A stretch of 64,000 bases of DNA from a candidate division LCP-89 bacterium B3_LCP (GCA_005223185.1 NJBN01000001.1:441365-505364); one strand, 5' to 3'; shown: positions 29,857 through 38,750, counted from the stretch's first letter. Translations and numbers: made by a program. Notes: a model not told the origin generated them from the sequence alone.

Positions 29857-29885
29857 TTGACTTACCTGTTTAAATTGTTTATATT
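29857..29885 (+). promoter_or_regulatory. Sigma-70-like promoter TTGACT-N17-TATATT
   Basis: ttgact 29857-29862, 17-nt spacer, tatatt 29880-29885. A partial copy of the upstream module (aatcacttSgg…aaaactatc.cttgact) is also present at 29291-29330. Confidence 0.5.
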
Positions 29886-29924
29886 TTGAGTAGAAAAATA
29901 TCGTGTAAAGTAGATGGAGTTGAA

Positions 29925-31754
29925 GTGACTGAATCCTCAAGAAATCGAATAAAACGTTTGTATAAATACATATACATCCTCATATCATTGCTGATATGCA
30001 TACTATTCCTATTCCAGAAAGATACCCAGGCAGAAGCAGCACGGATATACATGGACGGTAATTTCAGCGACTGGGAATCAGTAGAACCACTGCATGTTGA
30101 TCCTGTCGGTGATCAATTAGTTGACAGCCTGGATTTCGGTACTCTCTGGGTGGCTAATGATGAACGATACCTTTTCCTATGCCTGGAACTGGGAACTGAT
30201 ATACTTCTGCAGGAAGAACACGATTTCGATCTCTATCTGGATACGGACAACGACCCATCTACCGGGCAGCCAATCAACGGCATTGGAGCTGATTTCGACT
30301 GGAATTTCAATGATGGAGACGGTCACTTTCGCGTAGGTCCTATTCCCTATCCCGTTGACCATGAAGACTTAAGCTTTGTCACTGCACCCACTGTTTCATC
30401 CGATATCTACGAGATTGTAATCGATCGGTACGCAACTCCTGTGGGTCAGTATGAACTGTTCACCAGCGATACCATATCCATTCTCTTTCATGATAGCGGC
30501 GCCGGGCAGGATTATCTTCCCGATGCGGGAACGACATTACAGTATGTATTCGATGATTCTCCTTTGCCTCCATTTCCGGTATCATCGATTCAAAAGCAGG
30601 ATCCGTCGCATATCCGCGTTCTGTCCTACAACGTACATCTGGATGATTTCTTCGATCCTTACCTTGAAGATGAATACACGCGCATTCTTAATGCTATCGA
30701 ACCGGATGTAATCGCTTTCCAGGAAATCTACGATCACAATGTATTTGAAACAGTTGACCGGGTGACTGCGATGCTGGGTGGGGCATGGTACGGCACCAAG
30801 ATCAACCCGGACATAATCCTGGTCAGCCGATATACATTTGCAGAAACCATTAACATCTACGATGATGGCAACGGAGCTTTCCTCCTCAACCTGCAGCCGG
30901 ATTACGACTGTCAGATGCTGGTTATAAACGCTCACCTGCCCGCTGGACAAGCCAATACAAACAGGCAGAATGAAGTTGACGCCATTATGGCCTTCATCCG
31001 AGATGCCAAAGAACCCGGTGGAGAATTAGAATTGGAAGAGAACACCCCAATTCTCATTACCGGAGATATGAATTTCGTGGGTTACGCGCAACAACTGGTA
31101 ACCATGGTTACCGGGCAGATCTACTTCACGGGCCCGTTCGGCCCTCCCTTCGATCCCGATTGGGATGGAACCGATTTTACCGATCTGACCCCACGCCATA
31201 CAGATACGCCCTTCTATTTCACCTGGTATAACGATTGGAGCTACTATACCCCTGGCCGCTTCGATTTTATGATATACAGCGATTCGGTCCTGGAAGCCTG
31301 GAATAACTTCGTCCTGTTCACTCCGGGAATGTCACCCGATTCCTTAGCCGCCAATGGTCTGCAGGCTGATGACGTTTTAGATGCTTCAGATCACCTCCCC
31401 GTCGTCTGCGATTTCGTGCCTAATCCGGAAATGGGTGTATCTGGCAAGGATGACAGCCACAAACCAGCTGAATACGCTCTGTTACAGAACTTCCCCAACC
31501 CCTTCAACCCCACAACAGTTATCAGTTTTTCTATGCCAGTTTCGAGTTGGGTGAAACTGGATGTGTTCGATATAAACGGACGCAATGTAGGGGCGGGTTT
31601 GTCCCGCAGGGACGCCGAAGGCGAAACCCGCCCTTATACCCCCGGCACCCACCAAATCACCTTCGATGGATCTGGTCTTCCCTCTGGTATCTACTTCTAC
31701 CGTCTGACGGCGGATGATTTCACAGCGATAGGTAAGATGGTGCTGATCAAGTAA
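29925..31754 (+). CDS. Secreted endonuclease/exonuclease/phosphatase (EEP)-family protein with T9SS C-terminal domain
   Basis: Start moved to GTG 29925 (GGAG 5 nt upstream; the TTG at 29886 sits at the predicted transcription start). Signal peptide. EEP motif set: LSYNV, DVIAFQEI, INAHL, TGDMNF, YSD, SDHLPV. C-terminal Por_Secre_tail. Paralog of the C-terminal half of the 33227 gene. Confidence 0.7.
   Translation: MTESSRNRIKRLYKYIYILISLLICILFLFQKDTQAEAARIYMDGNFSDWESVEPLHVDPVGDQLVDSLDFGTLWVANDERYLFLCLELGTDILLQEEHDFDLYLDTDNDPSTGQPINGIGADFDWNFNDGDGHFRVGPIPYPVDHEDLSFVTAPTVSSDIYEIVIDRYATPVGQYELFTSDTISILFHDSGAGQDYLPDAGTTLQYVFDDSPLPPFPVSSIQKQDPSHIRVLSYNVHLDDFFDPYLEDEYTRILNAIEPDVIAFQEIYDHNVFETVDRVTAMLGGAWYGTKINPDIILVSRYTFAETINIYDDGNGAFLLNLQPDYDCQMLVINAHLPAGQANTNRQNEVDAIMAFIRDAKEPGGELELEENTPILITGDMNFVGYAQQLVTMVTGQIYFTGPFGPPFDPDWDGTDFTDLTPRHTDTPFYFTWYNDWSYYTPGRFDFMIYSDSVLEAWNNFVLFTPGMSPDSLAANGLQADDVLDASDHLPVVCDFVPNPEMGVSGKDDSHKPAEYALLQNFPNPFNPTTVISFSMPVSSWVKLDVFDINGRNVGAGLSRRDAEGETRPYTPGTHQITFDGSGLPSGIYFYRLTADDFTAIGKMVLIK
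31587..31638 (+). repeat. Palindromic element embedded in frame in the T9SS C-terminal domain coding sequence
   Basis: gtaggggcgggttt-gtcccgcagggacgccgaaggcg-aaacccgccc: inverted termini plus an inner gtccc…gggac hairpin. Encodes VGAGLSRRDAEGETRPY, which replaces the shorter canonical loop (ATxVDGFRNA). Confidence 0.7.
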
Positions 31755-31821
31755 TTAAATAATATGTGGACGTTAAACTTCCTATTGTATTCCCTGAAAA
31801 AGATTTCACCCTGATAATTAC

Positions 31822-31850
31822 TTGATAAATGAAGTGTGATTGAGTATATT
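31822..31850 (+). promoter_or_regulatory. Sigma-70-like promoter TTGATA-N17-TATATT
   Basis: ttgata 31822-31827, 17-nt spacer, tatatt 31845-31850. The ORF-track start at 31836 lies inside this promoter. Confidence 0.45.
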
Positions 31851-31889
31851 CTGGGAAAGAAAGTAGTACCTTCCTGTTTTGAGGTTCTT

Positions 31890-33049
31890 ATGAAAGCTAT
31901 CTTGCTTAGTCTTCTTCTTTTCACATTAACATTAGCCGCTCCCGCCCAACCACCTATCCTCTGGTTCCAAACCTTCGGTGGATCCAATTATGATTACGGT
32001 AAAAGTGTCCAACAGACAGGCGACGGTGGGTATATCATTGGAGGATATACCGAATCCTATGGTGCAGGTTCAAAAGACGTCTATTTAGTCAAAACCCACG
32101 CTTTTGGTATAGAGCAGTGGAGTCAAACCTACGGTGGAAGCTCCGATGATGGTGGCTGGAGTGTTCAGCAGACGAATGACGGAGGATATGTCATAGCGGG
32201 CGAGACCAATTCTTTTGGTGCTGGTGGTAGTGATGTATATTTAATCAAGACAGACGCTTCTGGGATAGAACAATGGAATCAGACCTACGGTGGAAGCGAT
32301 TATGAAGAGGGCTTCAGTGTACAGCAAACCTACGACGGCGGTTATATTGTTACTGGATATACCCTATCATACGGTGTTGATTATGAAGATGTATATTTAG
32401 TCAAGACCAACGCTTCAGGCATACAACAATGGAATCAGACCTACGGTACAACCATATCTGATTATGGTAGAAACGTACAGCAGACCTCCGACGGTGGTTA
32501 TATCATAGCGGGATGGACCTTATCTTATGATAGTGATGTCTATCTAATTAAAACATCTCCCTCTGGTAATTATCAATGGAGTAAGACTTTCGGTGGGGAA
32601 GCGCGTCGGATTGGGGAAACAGTGTTCAGCAGACTTCTGACGGCGGGTATATCGTTGCGGGGTCGACCACTTCCTACGGCGCTGGAGAAACTGACGTTTG
32701 CCTGATCCGCCTGGATGCTGAGGGGACACCTGTAAAAGATCCAGGCTTCATACAGGATATCCCCAACGATTTCGCTTTGTACGAAGCCCACCCCAACCCC
32801 TTCAACCCCACCACAACCATCAACTTCGAGTTACCAGTCGCCAGTTTAGTGGAACTGGATGTGTTCGACATCTCCGGTTCCCGCGTAGGGGTCGCCTGCC
32901 CCTTCGGGGGTCTTGCGCCGACCCGTATCTACACCCCCGGCACCCACCAGATCACCTTCGATGGATCTGGTCTTCCCTCTGGTATCTACATCTACCGCTT
33001 ACAAGCTGGCGAGTTTTCAGCGATAGGTAAGATGGTGCTACTCAAGTAA
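31890..33049 (+). pseudogene. T9SS cargo gene with tandem ~48-aa beta-propeller-like repeats, interrupted by a -1 frameshift near 32598
   Basis: Start ATG 31890 (gagg 5 nt upstream; signal peptide MKAILLSLLLFTLTLAAPAQ). Repeats of YGGSxxDxGxSVQQTxDGGYIIxGxTxSYGAGxxDVYLIKT. Frame 0 derails after TFGG at about 32598 and stops at 32705. Frame 2 continues the repeat (SASDWGNSVQQTSDGGYIVAGSTTSYGAGETDVCLIRL…) into the C-terminal domain ORF 32777-33049. The slip is in a gggg/aa run; a sequencing error is not excluded. Confidence 0.55.
32885..32926 (+). repeat. Palindromic element embedded in frame in the T9SS C-terminal domain coding sequence
   Basis: gtaggggtcgcctgcccc-ttcg-ggggtcttgcgccgaccc: outer gggtcg/cgaccc stem with an inner cccc-UUCG-gggg hairpin; encodes GVACPFGGLAPTR. 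A 60-nt stretch around it is identical to 36391-36450 in the next gene. Confidence 0.65.
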
Positions 33050-33074
33050 TGAACCAGCTTAAAAGTGATTGTAG

Positions 33075-33102
33075 GGGCGGACCTCTGTGTCCGCCCTTTT
33101 TT
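33075..33102 (+). terminator. Rho-independent terminator
   Basis: gggcggac-ctctgt-gtccgccc followed by tttttt. Confidence 0.65.
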
Positions 33103-33163
33103 CTTTCGGAGTCCCTTCTTATGATTACCCCACTGTTTCATTTCCCACAAAAATTTTCTTCGC

Positions 33164-33192
33164 TTGACTAAGCGATTTATTTTTTGTATATT
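33164..33192 (+). promoter_or_regulatory. Sigma-70-like promoter TTGACT-N17-TATATT
   Basis: ttgact 33164-33169, 17-nt spacer, tatatt 33187-33192. The ORF-track start at 33164 lies inside the -35 box. Confidence 0.5.
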
Positions 33193-33226
33193 ATGTCCAC
33201 ACACTTCCATAAGAAAGGATGAGAAA

Positions 33227-36200
33227 ATGAACCGTCTGATGTTATCTATTTACATACTACTGTTCGGGTTTATTTCTGCCGTTCGTGCAGACACCACATT
33301 TGTTGCTTCAGGTCCGGTATCCGGCGCCTGGACTTCAGCCGGCAACCCTTACTTCGTCTATGAAGGTGATATCGTGGTTCCGGACGGCAGAAGCCTGACC
33401 GTTCTGCCCGGTGTTGAGGTGCTGTTCACCGGCAACTACAAACTGACTGTAGAAGGATTGCTGAACGCCGAAGGCACTGAAGCAGATTCGATAACTTTCA
33501 CCAGGGCTTATTCAACCGAAGAATCCAAGTGGCGCGGTTTCCGCTTCGATGCTGCAGATGATGGCTGTACTCTAAAATACTGCCGCATAGAATACGCCAA
33601 AGGCACCGGCCCTTATCCCGATGTGCGCGGTGGAGGGGTGTGGATCGAAAACTGTTCGGTGCTGATAAGGAATTGTACCATAGCGCATAATTACACGCAT
33701 AACGAAAACTACAACGGTTCTGGTGGTGGTATCTTCTTAAATCAGAGTGATCAGAGTATCATCGAATACAACTATATAACCCAAAACCAGGCAGACAATG
33801 GCGGCGGTATATGTGTCGGGCAGAATTGCTACACCATAATCCGGCATAATACTTTCGATAACAACCAAACCTACTCATCCGGGGGAGGTATATACGTCTC
33901 AGCCAACGGAGAATCCGTCATCAATGATAATATATTCGTGGACAATCACTCCAGCGGCATTTACGGCGGAGGAGCTATAAACCTGTGGAGCGCTACCTGG
34001 ATATACGGAACGTTTTCCTATGTGTACAACAACCTGATAATGAACAATACCGCCTCTTCAGCCGGCGGAGGCATCTATCATCGCTACGAATCTTCGATAG
34101 TTTATAATAACACTCTGGTTGGCAATCAGGCCAATCAGGGAGGTGGAATTTACGTTTTGACTTTTTCCGATCTGCCGCCTACTATTTATAATTCCATAAT
34201 TTGGGGAAACAATGCCCCGGTGGGCAGCCAGATTTATCTCGATCCTCAATCGGGGAGCGTCGCCAATATCAGCTATTGCGACGTACATGCCGGATGGCCA
34301 GGTGTGGGAAATATCAATTCCGATCCGGAATTCGTGTCAGGGTCCGGTGGCGATTACTACTTGAGTCAGATCGCTGCAGGACAGCCTGTGCAGAGTCCCT
34401 GTGTGGATGCCAGCGATCCCATTTCAACCATGATAACCGGCACTACCAGAACGGACGGCGTCCAGGATGAGGGTATCGTGGATATGGGGTATCATTATGC
34501 CATCGAAACGGTTGTCAGTATGAACGTGGTTCTGACGCCTTTGAACCCGCCCATCCAGATTCCGGCTATAGGGGGAACTTTCGAATTTGACGTCTTAATC
34601 GAAAATCTGGAGTCATCGCCCGTTCTTTGCGATATCTGGACAGAAGCTATCTTACCCAGTGGACAACCATATCCGCTGATCTTACGGGAAGACGTGAATA
34701 TCCCTGCAGGGGGCAGTATTGAGAGGACGTTATCTCAGAACGTACCCGAGAGCGCCCCAGCAGGATCGTACAGCTACCATGCCTATGTCGGTGATCATCC
34801 GAACATGGTTTACGCAGAGGACAGCTTTACTTTCGAGAAGTTGACCGGTTTAGAAGCCACACGGATATACATGGACGGCGATTTCAGCGATTGGGAATCA
34901 GTTGAGCCACTGCACATCGACCCGGTTGGTGATCAATTGGCCGACAGCCTGGATTTTGGCACCCTCTGGGTGACTAACGATGAACGCTACCTGTTCCTCT
35001 GTCTGGAAGTGGGAGCGGAGATGATGATACAGGTGGAGCATGACTTCGATCTCTACCTGGATACGGATAACGACATCTCCACCGGGCTGTCCATCAACGG
35101 AATAGGTGCTGATCTGGATTATAATTTCAACGATGGAACCGGCAACTTTCTCGCGGGAGGAACTACCTATACTATCTACCATGAAGATCTGGGACTTGCC
35201 ACCGCACCCACCTACTCATCAAATATCTACGAGATCGTAATCGACAGGGAAGCCTATCCAGCGGGTCAATATGAACTGTTCACCAGCGATACCATATCCG
35301 TTCTCTTCCACGATAGCGGTCCCGGGCAGGATTACCTTCCCGATGAGGGGACTACTATCCAGTATGTGTTCGATGATTCCCCCTTACCAACACTACCGGT
35401 TTTATCGCTTCAGAAGCAAGATCCATCGCATATCCGCATCATGTCCTACAATGTCTGGACGGATAACCTCTTTGAACCCGACCTTGAAGATGAGTACACG
35501 CGCATTCTGAATGCCATCGAACCGGACATAATCGCTTTCCAGGAAATCTACAATCACAATGCTTCCCAGACAGTTGACCAGGTGACTTCAATGTTAGGAG
35601 GACAGTGGTACGGCTACAAGATCAATCCCGACATAGTCCTGGTCAGCCGATATGAAATAGCGGAGACATTCAACGTCAACAATGACGGCAACGGAGCATT
35701 CCTCCTCGATCTGCAGCCTGACTACGACTGCCAGATGCTGGTTATAAATGCCCATTTGCCAGCAGGACAATCCAATACTGGCAGGCAGCATGAAGTTGAC
35801 GCCATAATGGAATTCATCCGGGAAGCCAGAGAACCCGGCGGTGAACTGGAGCTGGAAGTGAACACCCCTATCCTGATCACAGGTGATATGAATTTCGTGG
35901 GTTATTATCAGCAGTTGTTTACCATGGTTACAGGTCAGATCTACTACACAGGTACGTATGGACCGCCGTTTGAACCTGACTGGGACGGCACCAATCTTAC
36001 CGATCTGATTCCACGTCATACTGATACTCCCTTCTATTTCACCTGGTATAATGAATCGAGTTACTACTGCCCCGGCCGCCTGGATTTCATGATATACAGC
36101 GATTCCGTGCTGGAAGCCTGGAACAATTTTGTCCTCTTCACGCCGGGAATGTCACCCGATTCCTTAGCTGCCAACGGCCTGCAATGGGATGACGTTGTAA

Positions 36201-36571
36201 ATGCTTCTGACCATTTACCCGTAGTAGGTGATTTTGTACCCAATCCGGGCACAGTCTTGGCGGGAAATTATAACAGCCAGCAACCAGCCCGGTTCGCACT
36301 ATTACAGAACTATCCCAATCCGTTTAATGCATCAACAACAATCAGTTTCCAGTTGCCAGTTTCGAGTCTGGTAGAACTGGATGTCTTTGACATCTCCGGT
36401 TCCCGCGTAGGGGTCGCCTGCCCCTTCGGGGGTCTTGCGCCGACCCGTCAATATTCACCCGGCACCCATCAAATCACTTTCGATGCATCGGGATTAGCAT
36501 CTGGTATATACCTTTACCGACTGCAGGCTGGCGAGTTTTCCGCGATAGGGAAGATGGTGCTGGTGAAGTAA
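33227..36571 (+). CDS. Secreted multidomain protein: parallel beta-helix region + EEP (endonuclease/exonuclease/phosphatase) domain + T9SS C-terminal domain
   Basis: Start ATG 33227 (aagga RBS; signal peptide MNRLMLSIYILLFGFISAVRA). Beta-helix-like repeats (GGGVWIENCSVL, GGGIFLNQSD, GGGICVGQNC, GGGIYVSANG). C-terminal half is paralogous to the 29925 gene with the full EEP motif set (MSYNV, DIIAFQEI, INAHL, TGDMNF, SDHLPV). C-terminal Por_Secre_tail. Confidence 0.7.
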   Translation: MNRLMLSIYILLFGFISAVRADTTFVASGPVSGAWTSAGNPYFVYEGDIVVPDGRSLTVLPGVEVLFTGNYKLTVEGLLNAEGTEADSITFTRAYSTEESKWRGFRFDAADDGCTLKYCRIEYAKGTGPYPDVRGGGVWIENCSVLIRNCTIAHNYTHNENYNGSGGGIFLNQSDQSIIEYNYITQNQADNGGGICVGQNCYTIIRHNTFDNNQTYSSGGGIYVSANGESVINDNIFVDNHSSGIYGGGAINLWSATWIYGTFSYVYNNLIMNNTASSAGGGIYHRYESSIVYNNTLVGNQANQGGGIYVLTFSDLPPTIYNSIIWGNNAPVGSQIYLDPQSGSVANISYCDVHAGWPGVGNINSDPEFVSGSGGDYYLSQIAAGQPVQSPCVDASDPISTMITGTTRTDGVQDEGIVDMGYHYAIETVVSMNVVLTPLNPPIQIPAIGGTFEFDVLIENLESSPVLCDIWTEAILPSGQPYPLILREDVNIPAGGSIERTLSQNVPESAPAGSYSYHAYVGDHPNMVYAEDSFTFEKLTGLEATRIYMDGDFSDWESVEPLHIDPVGDQLADSLDFGTLWVTNDERYLFLCLEVGAEMMIQVEHDFDLYLDTDNDISTGLSINGIGADLDYNFNDGTGNFLAGGTTYTIYHEDLGLATAPTYSSNIYEIVIDREAYPAGQYELFTSDTISVLFHDSGPGQDYLPDEGTTIQYVFDDSPLPTLPVLSLQKQDPSHIRIMSYNVWTDNLFEPDLEDEYTRILNAIEPDIIAFQEIYNHNASQTVDQVTSMLGGQWYGYKINPDIVLVSRYEIAETFNVNNDGNGAFLLDLQPDYDCQMLVINAHLPAGQSNTGRQHEVDAIMEFIREAREPGGELELEVNTPILITGDMNFVGYYQQLFTMVTGQIYYTGTYGPPFEPDWDGTNLTDLIPRHTDTPFYFTWYNESSYYCPGRLDFMIYSDSVLEAWNNFVLFTPGMSPDSLAANGLQWDDVVNASDHLPVVGDFVPNPGTVLAGNYNSQQPARFALLQNYPNPFNASTTISFQLPVSSLVELDVFDISGSRVGVACPFGGLAPTRQYSPGTHQITFDASGLASGIYLYRLQAGEFSAIGKMVLVK
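36407..36446 (+). repeat. Palindromic element embedded in frame in the T9SS C-terminal domain coding sequence
   Basis: Same element as 32885-32926 (gtaggggtcgcctgccccttcgggggtcttgcgccgaccc); encodes GVACPFGGLAPTR. Confidence 0.65.
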
Positions 36572-36580
36572 AAACAAACC

Positions 36581-36618
36581 GTCATTGCGAGGACGGCGCA
36601 GCCGGACGAAGCAATCCC
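36581..36618. repeat. GTCATT-type palindromic repeat (gtcattgcgaggacggcgcagccggacgaagcaatccc)
   Basis: Same family as 6758-6800. Confidence 0.55.
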
Positions 36619-36839
36619 ATAATAATTAATACTATAGGGTGGGGGTGCTTGTCTGCCTCGGGCAGGCTTCTCCCGCCTTTTCTAATTCCGTAGTCGGGGT
36701 CGTCCCTGACCCCGACATGAGGTAGCGCGGGAGCTATATGGGCAGGCCAATCCCTGCGCGAGATATTCACAGGATTTTCCCTTATCAGGGACAATGAGCG
36801 GTTTGGATGCTGCGAAAATTTGCCTTTTTTTTAAAATCC

Positions 36840-36868
36840 TTGACAATATGCTATATTATTTGTATATT
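36840..36868 (+). promoter_or_regulatory. Sigma-70-like promoter TTGACA-N17-TATATT
   Basis: ttgaca 36840-36845, 17-nt spacer, tatatt 36863-36868. Confidence 0.5.
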
Positions 36869-36915
36869 GCACTGTGATCGCAGCAGATTTAAATTCAATT
36901 AATCATGGAGGAGTT

Positions 36916-37734
36916 ATGAGAAATGCTATGCTATTTATAACCGTCCTGATTACTGCAGGTGTAGTGATTTGCTCCGCTGGTACGCAGGGCGTTATAAATC
37001 CCATTCCAACGGTAGTTGACGGCACTACCCAGGGAGATTTCATGGACTGGAATTGTTGGGAGGGTTTCCGACCCATTGATGATCCGACCGACGTGATTGA
37101 TACCTTGTGGTGGACAGGCAATATCGAATACCACATCTTCGGCACTCAGTCCATAAGCTGGGATCCTGATTTACCGGAGATCGGTGGGGTGGTAATGGAG
37201 ATCAAGTACGGTCTATGGAATTCGCCGCAGGTGGGATTGGCAGTTTCGGTTAATGGTAATCCAGTGGGAGTTTGCATGGCCAATTATGGCTATATATCGC
37301 CAGGGCCAAAATACGGGCGAGCACACATTTCCGACTACATCGTAGCGGGGCCTGACCTGATCGAGATCGTAGCTTCCTATGGTGGTGAGGCTGTAATCGG
37401 TTATGTAGCAACCGCAGTTTGGGTTGATGGAGATAATCTTGCTGGTGAGGTTGAAGACACTTTCAAGCCGATGGATTTTGAATTAATAGGTCCTGCTCCT
37501 AACCCCTTCAATCCGACCACGGTGATTGGTTTCCAACTGCCAAATGCCGGGAAAGTCAACCTGGCCATTTACGATATTTCGGGCAGACAGGTCGCCGAAT
37601 TGGTCAACGGCTGGCGCGATGCAGGTATGCATGAAGTAACCTTCGATGCATCTGATTTAGCTTCAGGCATCTACCTTTACCGCTTACAGGCAGGAGAGTT
37701 TTCAGGGGTAGGAAAGATGGTGTTAGTGAAGTGA
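36916..37734 (+). CDS. Small secreted protein of unknown function with T9SS C-terminal domain
   Basis: Start ATG 36916 (ggaggag RBS; signal peptide MRNAMLFITVLITAGVVICSAG). C-terminal Por_Secre_tail (APNPFNPTTVIGFQLP…YLYRLQAGEFS…KMVLVK). Confidence 0.55.
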   Translation: MRNAMLFITVLITAGVVICSAGTQGVINPIPTVVDGTTQGDFMDWNCWEGFRPIDDPTDVIDTLWWTGNIEYHIFGTQSISWDPDLPEIGGVVMEIKYGLWNSPQVGLAVSVNGNPVGVCMANYGYISPGPKYGRAHISDYIVAGPDLIEIVASYGGEAVIGYVATAVWVDGDNLAGEVEDTFKPMDFELIGPAPNPFNPTTVIGFQLPNAGKVNLAIYDISGRQVAELVNGWRDAGMHEVTFDASDLASGIYLYRLQAGEFSGVGKMVLVK

Positions 37735-37784
37735 CGCACTGTGTGCGTCATCCTGAACGTAGTGAAGGATCTCATTTCAATTGT

Positions 37785-37814
37785 AGGGGCAGACCTCTGT
37801 GTCTGCCCTTTTTG
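37785..37814 (+). terminator. Rho-independent terminator
   Basis: gggcagac-ctctgt-gtctgccc followed by ttttt. Confidence 0.6.
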
Positions 37815-37894
37815 TTTGCTCCCTACCGTCATCGCGAGGAATCCGTCAGCCGACGGATGACGAAGCGATCCCAAAGCTCTTCAGATAAATCTCA

Positions 37895-38002
37895 TTTTCA
37901 CTGCTGTCGGGTCTCCGTACCCGACAGATCCCGTAGTCGGGGTCGCCCCTGACCCCGATACCATGCCGTAGGGCGGGGGTGTCCGTAAGGACTCCAATGG
38001 AG
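37895..38002. repeat. 108-bp direct repeat, copy 1 (composite of palindromic modules)
   Basis: ttttcactgctgtcgggtctccgtacccgacagatcccgtagtcggggtcg.ccctgaccccgataccatgccgtagggcgggggtgtccgtaaggactccaatggag; near-identical to 38349-38456. Confidence 0.8.
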
Positions 38003-38348
38003 TAGGCGGGGTGGCATGCTTCTGGATCGCCTAAGGCGAATCGAAGCATGTTTAAATCGTCCAGATATTGACCCCACAGCAGATCTGTGGGGCACCTAAC
38101 AGACGAATTCAAGTTTGTCATTCCGCACTTGATGCGGAATCCAGAATACCCGGAAATATCCGAACGGCTCCTATGGAGAATTCCTGAGCTAACCAATTTC
38201 TGTCCCGTGAAGCGGGACGTAAAGGTTTAAGCATCCCGCTTGAGCGGGATAGCATAAAATTAGCCCGGAAATTCATTTCCGGGTGGTGTAAGGTAATTAA
38301 TCAAAATGTCATTCTGAGCAAGCCGAAGGCGCAGCGAAGAATCTCCTG

Positions 38349-38456
38349 TTTTCACTGCTGTCGGGTCTCCGTACCCGACAGATCCCGTAGTCGGGGTCGT
38401 CCCTGACCCCGATACCATGCCGTAGGGCGGGGGTGTCCGTAAGGACTCCAATGGAG
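38349..38456. repeat. 108-bp direct repeat, copy 2
   Basis: Near-identical to 37895-38002. Confidence 0.8.
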
Positions 38457-38750
38457 CTTCCCCCGCCCTTTATTTATCGTTCCACTGGTACAAATTTGTC
38501 CGCCAATTTGTATTGTCCGCTAATTCTGTCATCGGTATTAAGATTACGGTAGATCGCCTGGATGACTAAAATGTCGTAGTCAGGGGTGGATGGGATAGTT
38601 TTCATGTGCATTATATAGTTGGATTATGAGGGGAGATTGTTGTATTTGAACAAACAATTGAGGTGAGTACTTATATATAATATACAACAATTCATCAGAA
38701 AATGCAAGGAGTTTTGGCAGAAATATGGAGTGGGTGGTGGTTCTTTAAAG

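Noticed and set aside
28811-29886. tRNA, tmRNA, RNase P RNA or T-box leader in the long thrS-upstream intergenic region
   Set aside because: No T-loop-like GGTTCGAATCC-type motif, no RNase P conserved stretch, no T-box consensus seen on either strand; hairpins here belong to the dispersed repeat families.
29886-29924. TTG start at 29886 for the first EEP gene
   Set aside because: Lies at the predicted transcription start immediately after the -10 box; GTG 29925 with a GGAG RBS is preferred.
36619-36690. Terminator after the 33227-36571 gene (ctgcc-tcg-ggcag hairpin)
   Set aside because: Short stem and no contiguous T-run; more likely another repeat module.
37846-38451. ORFs of 60-116 aa inside the repeat cluster (37846-38196, 37898-38095, 38260-38451)
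   Set aside because: They are read through palindromic repeat modules, have no RBS and no protein-like composition.
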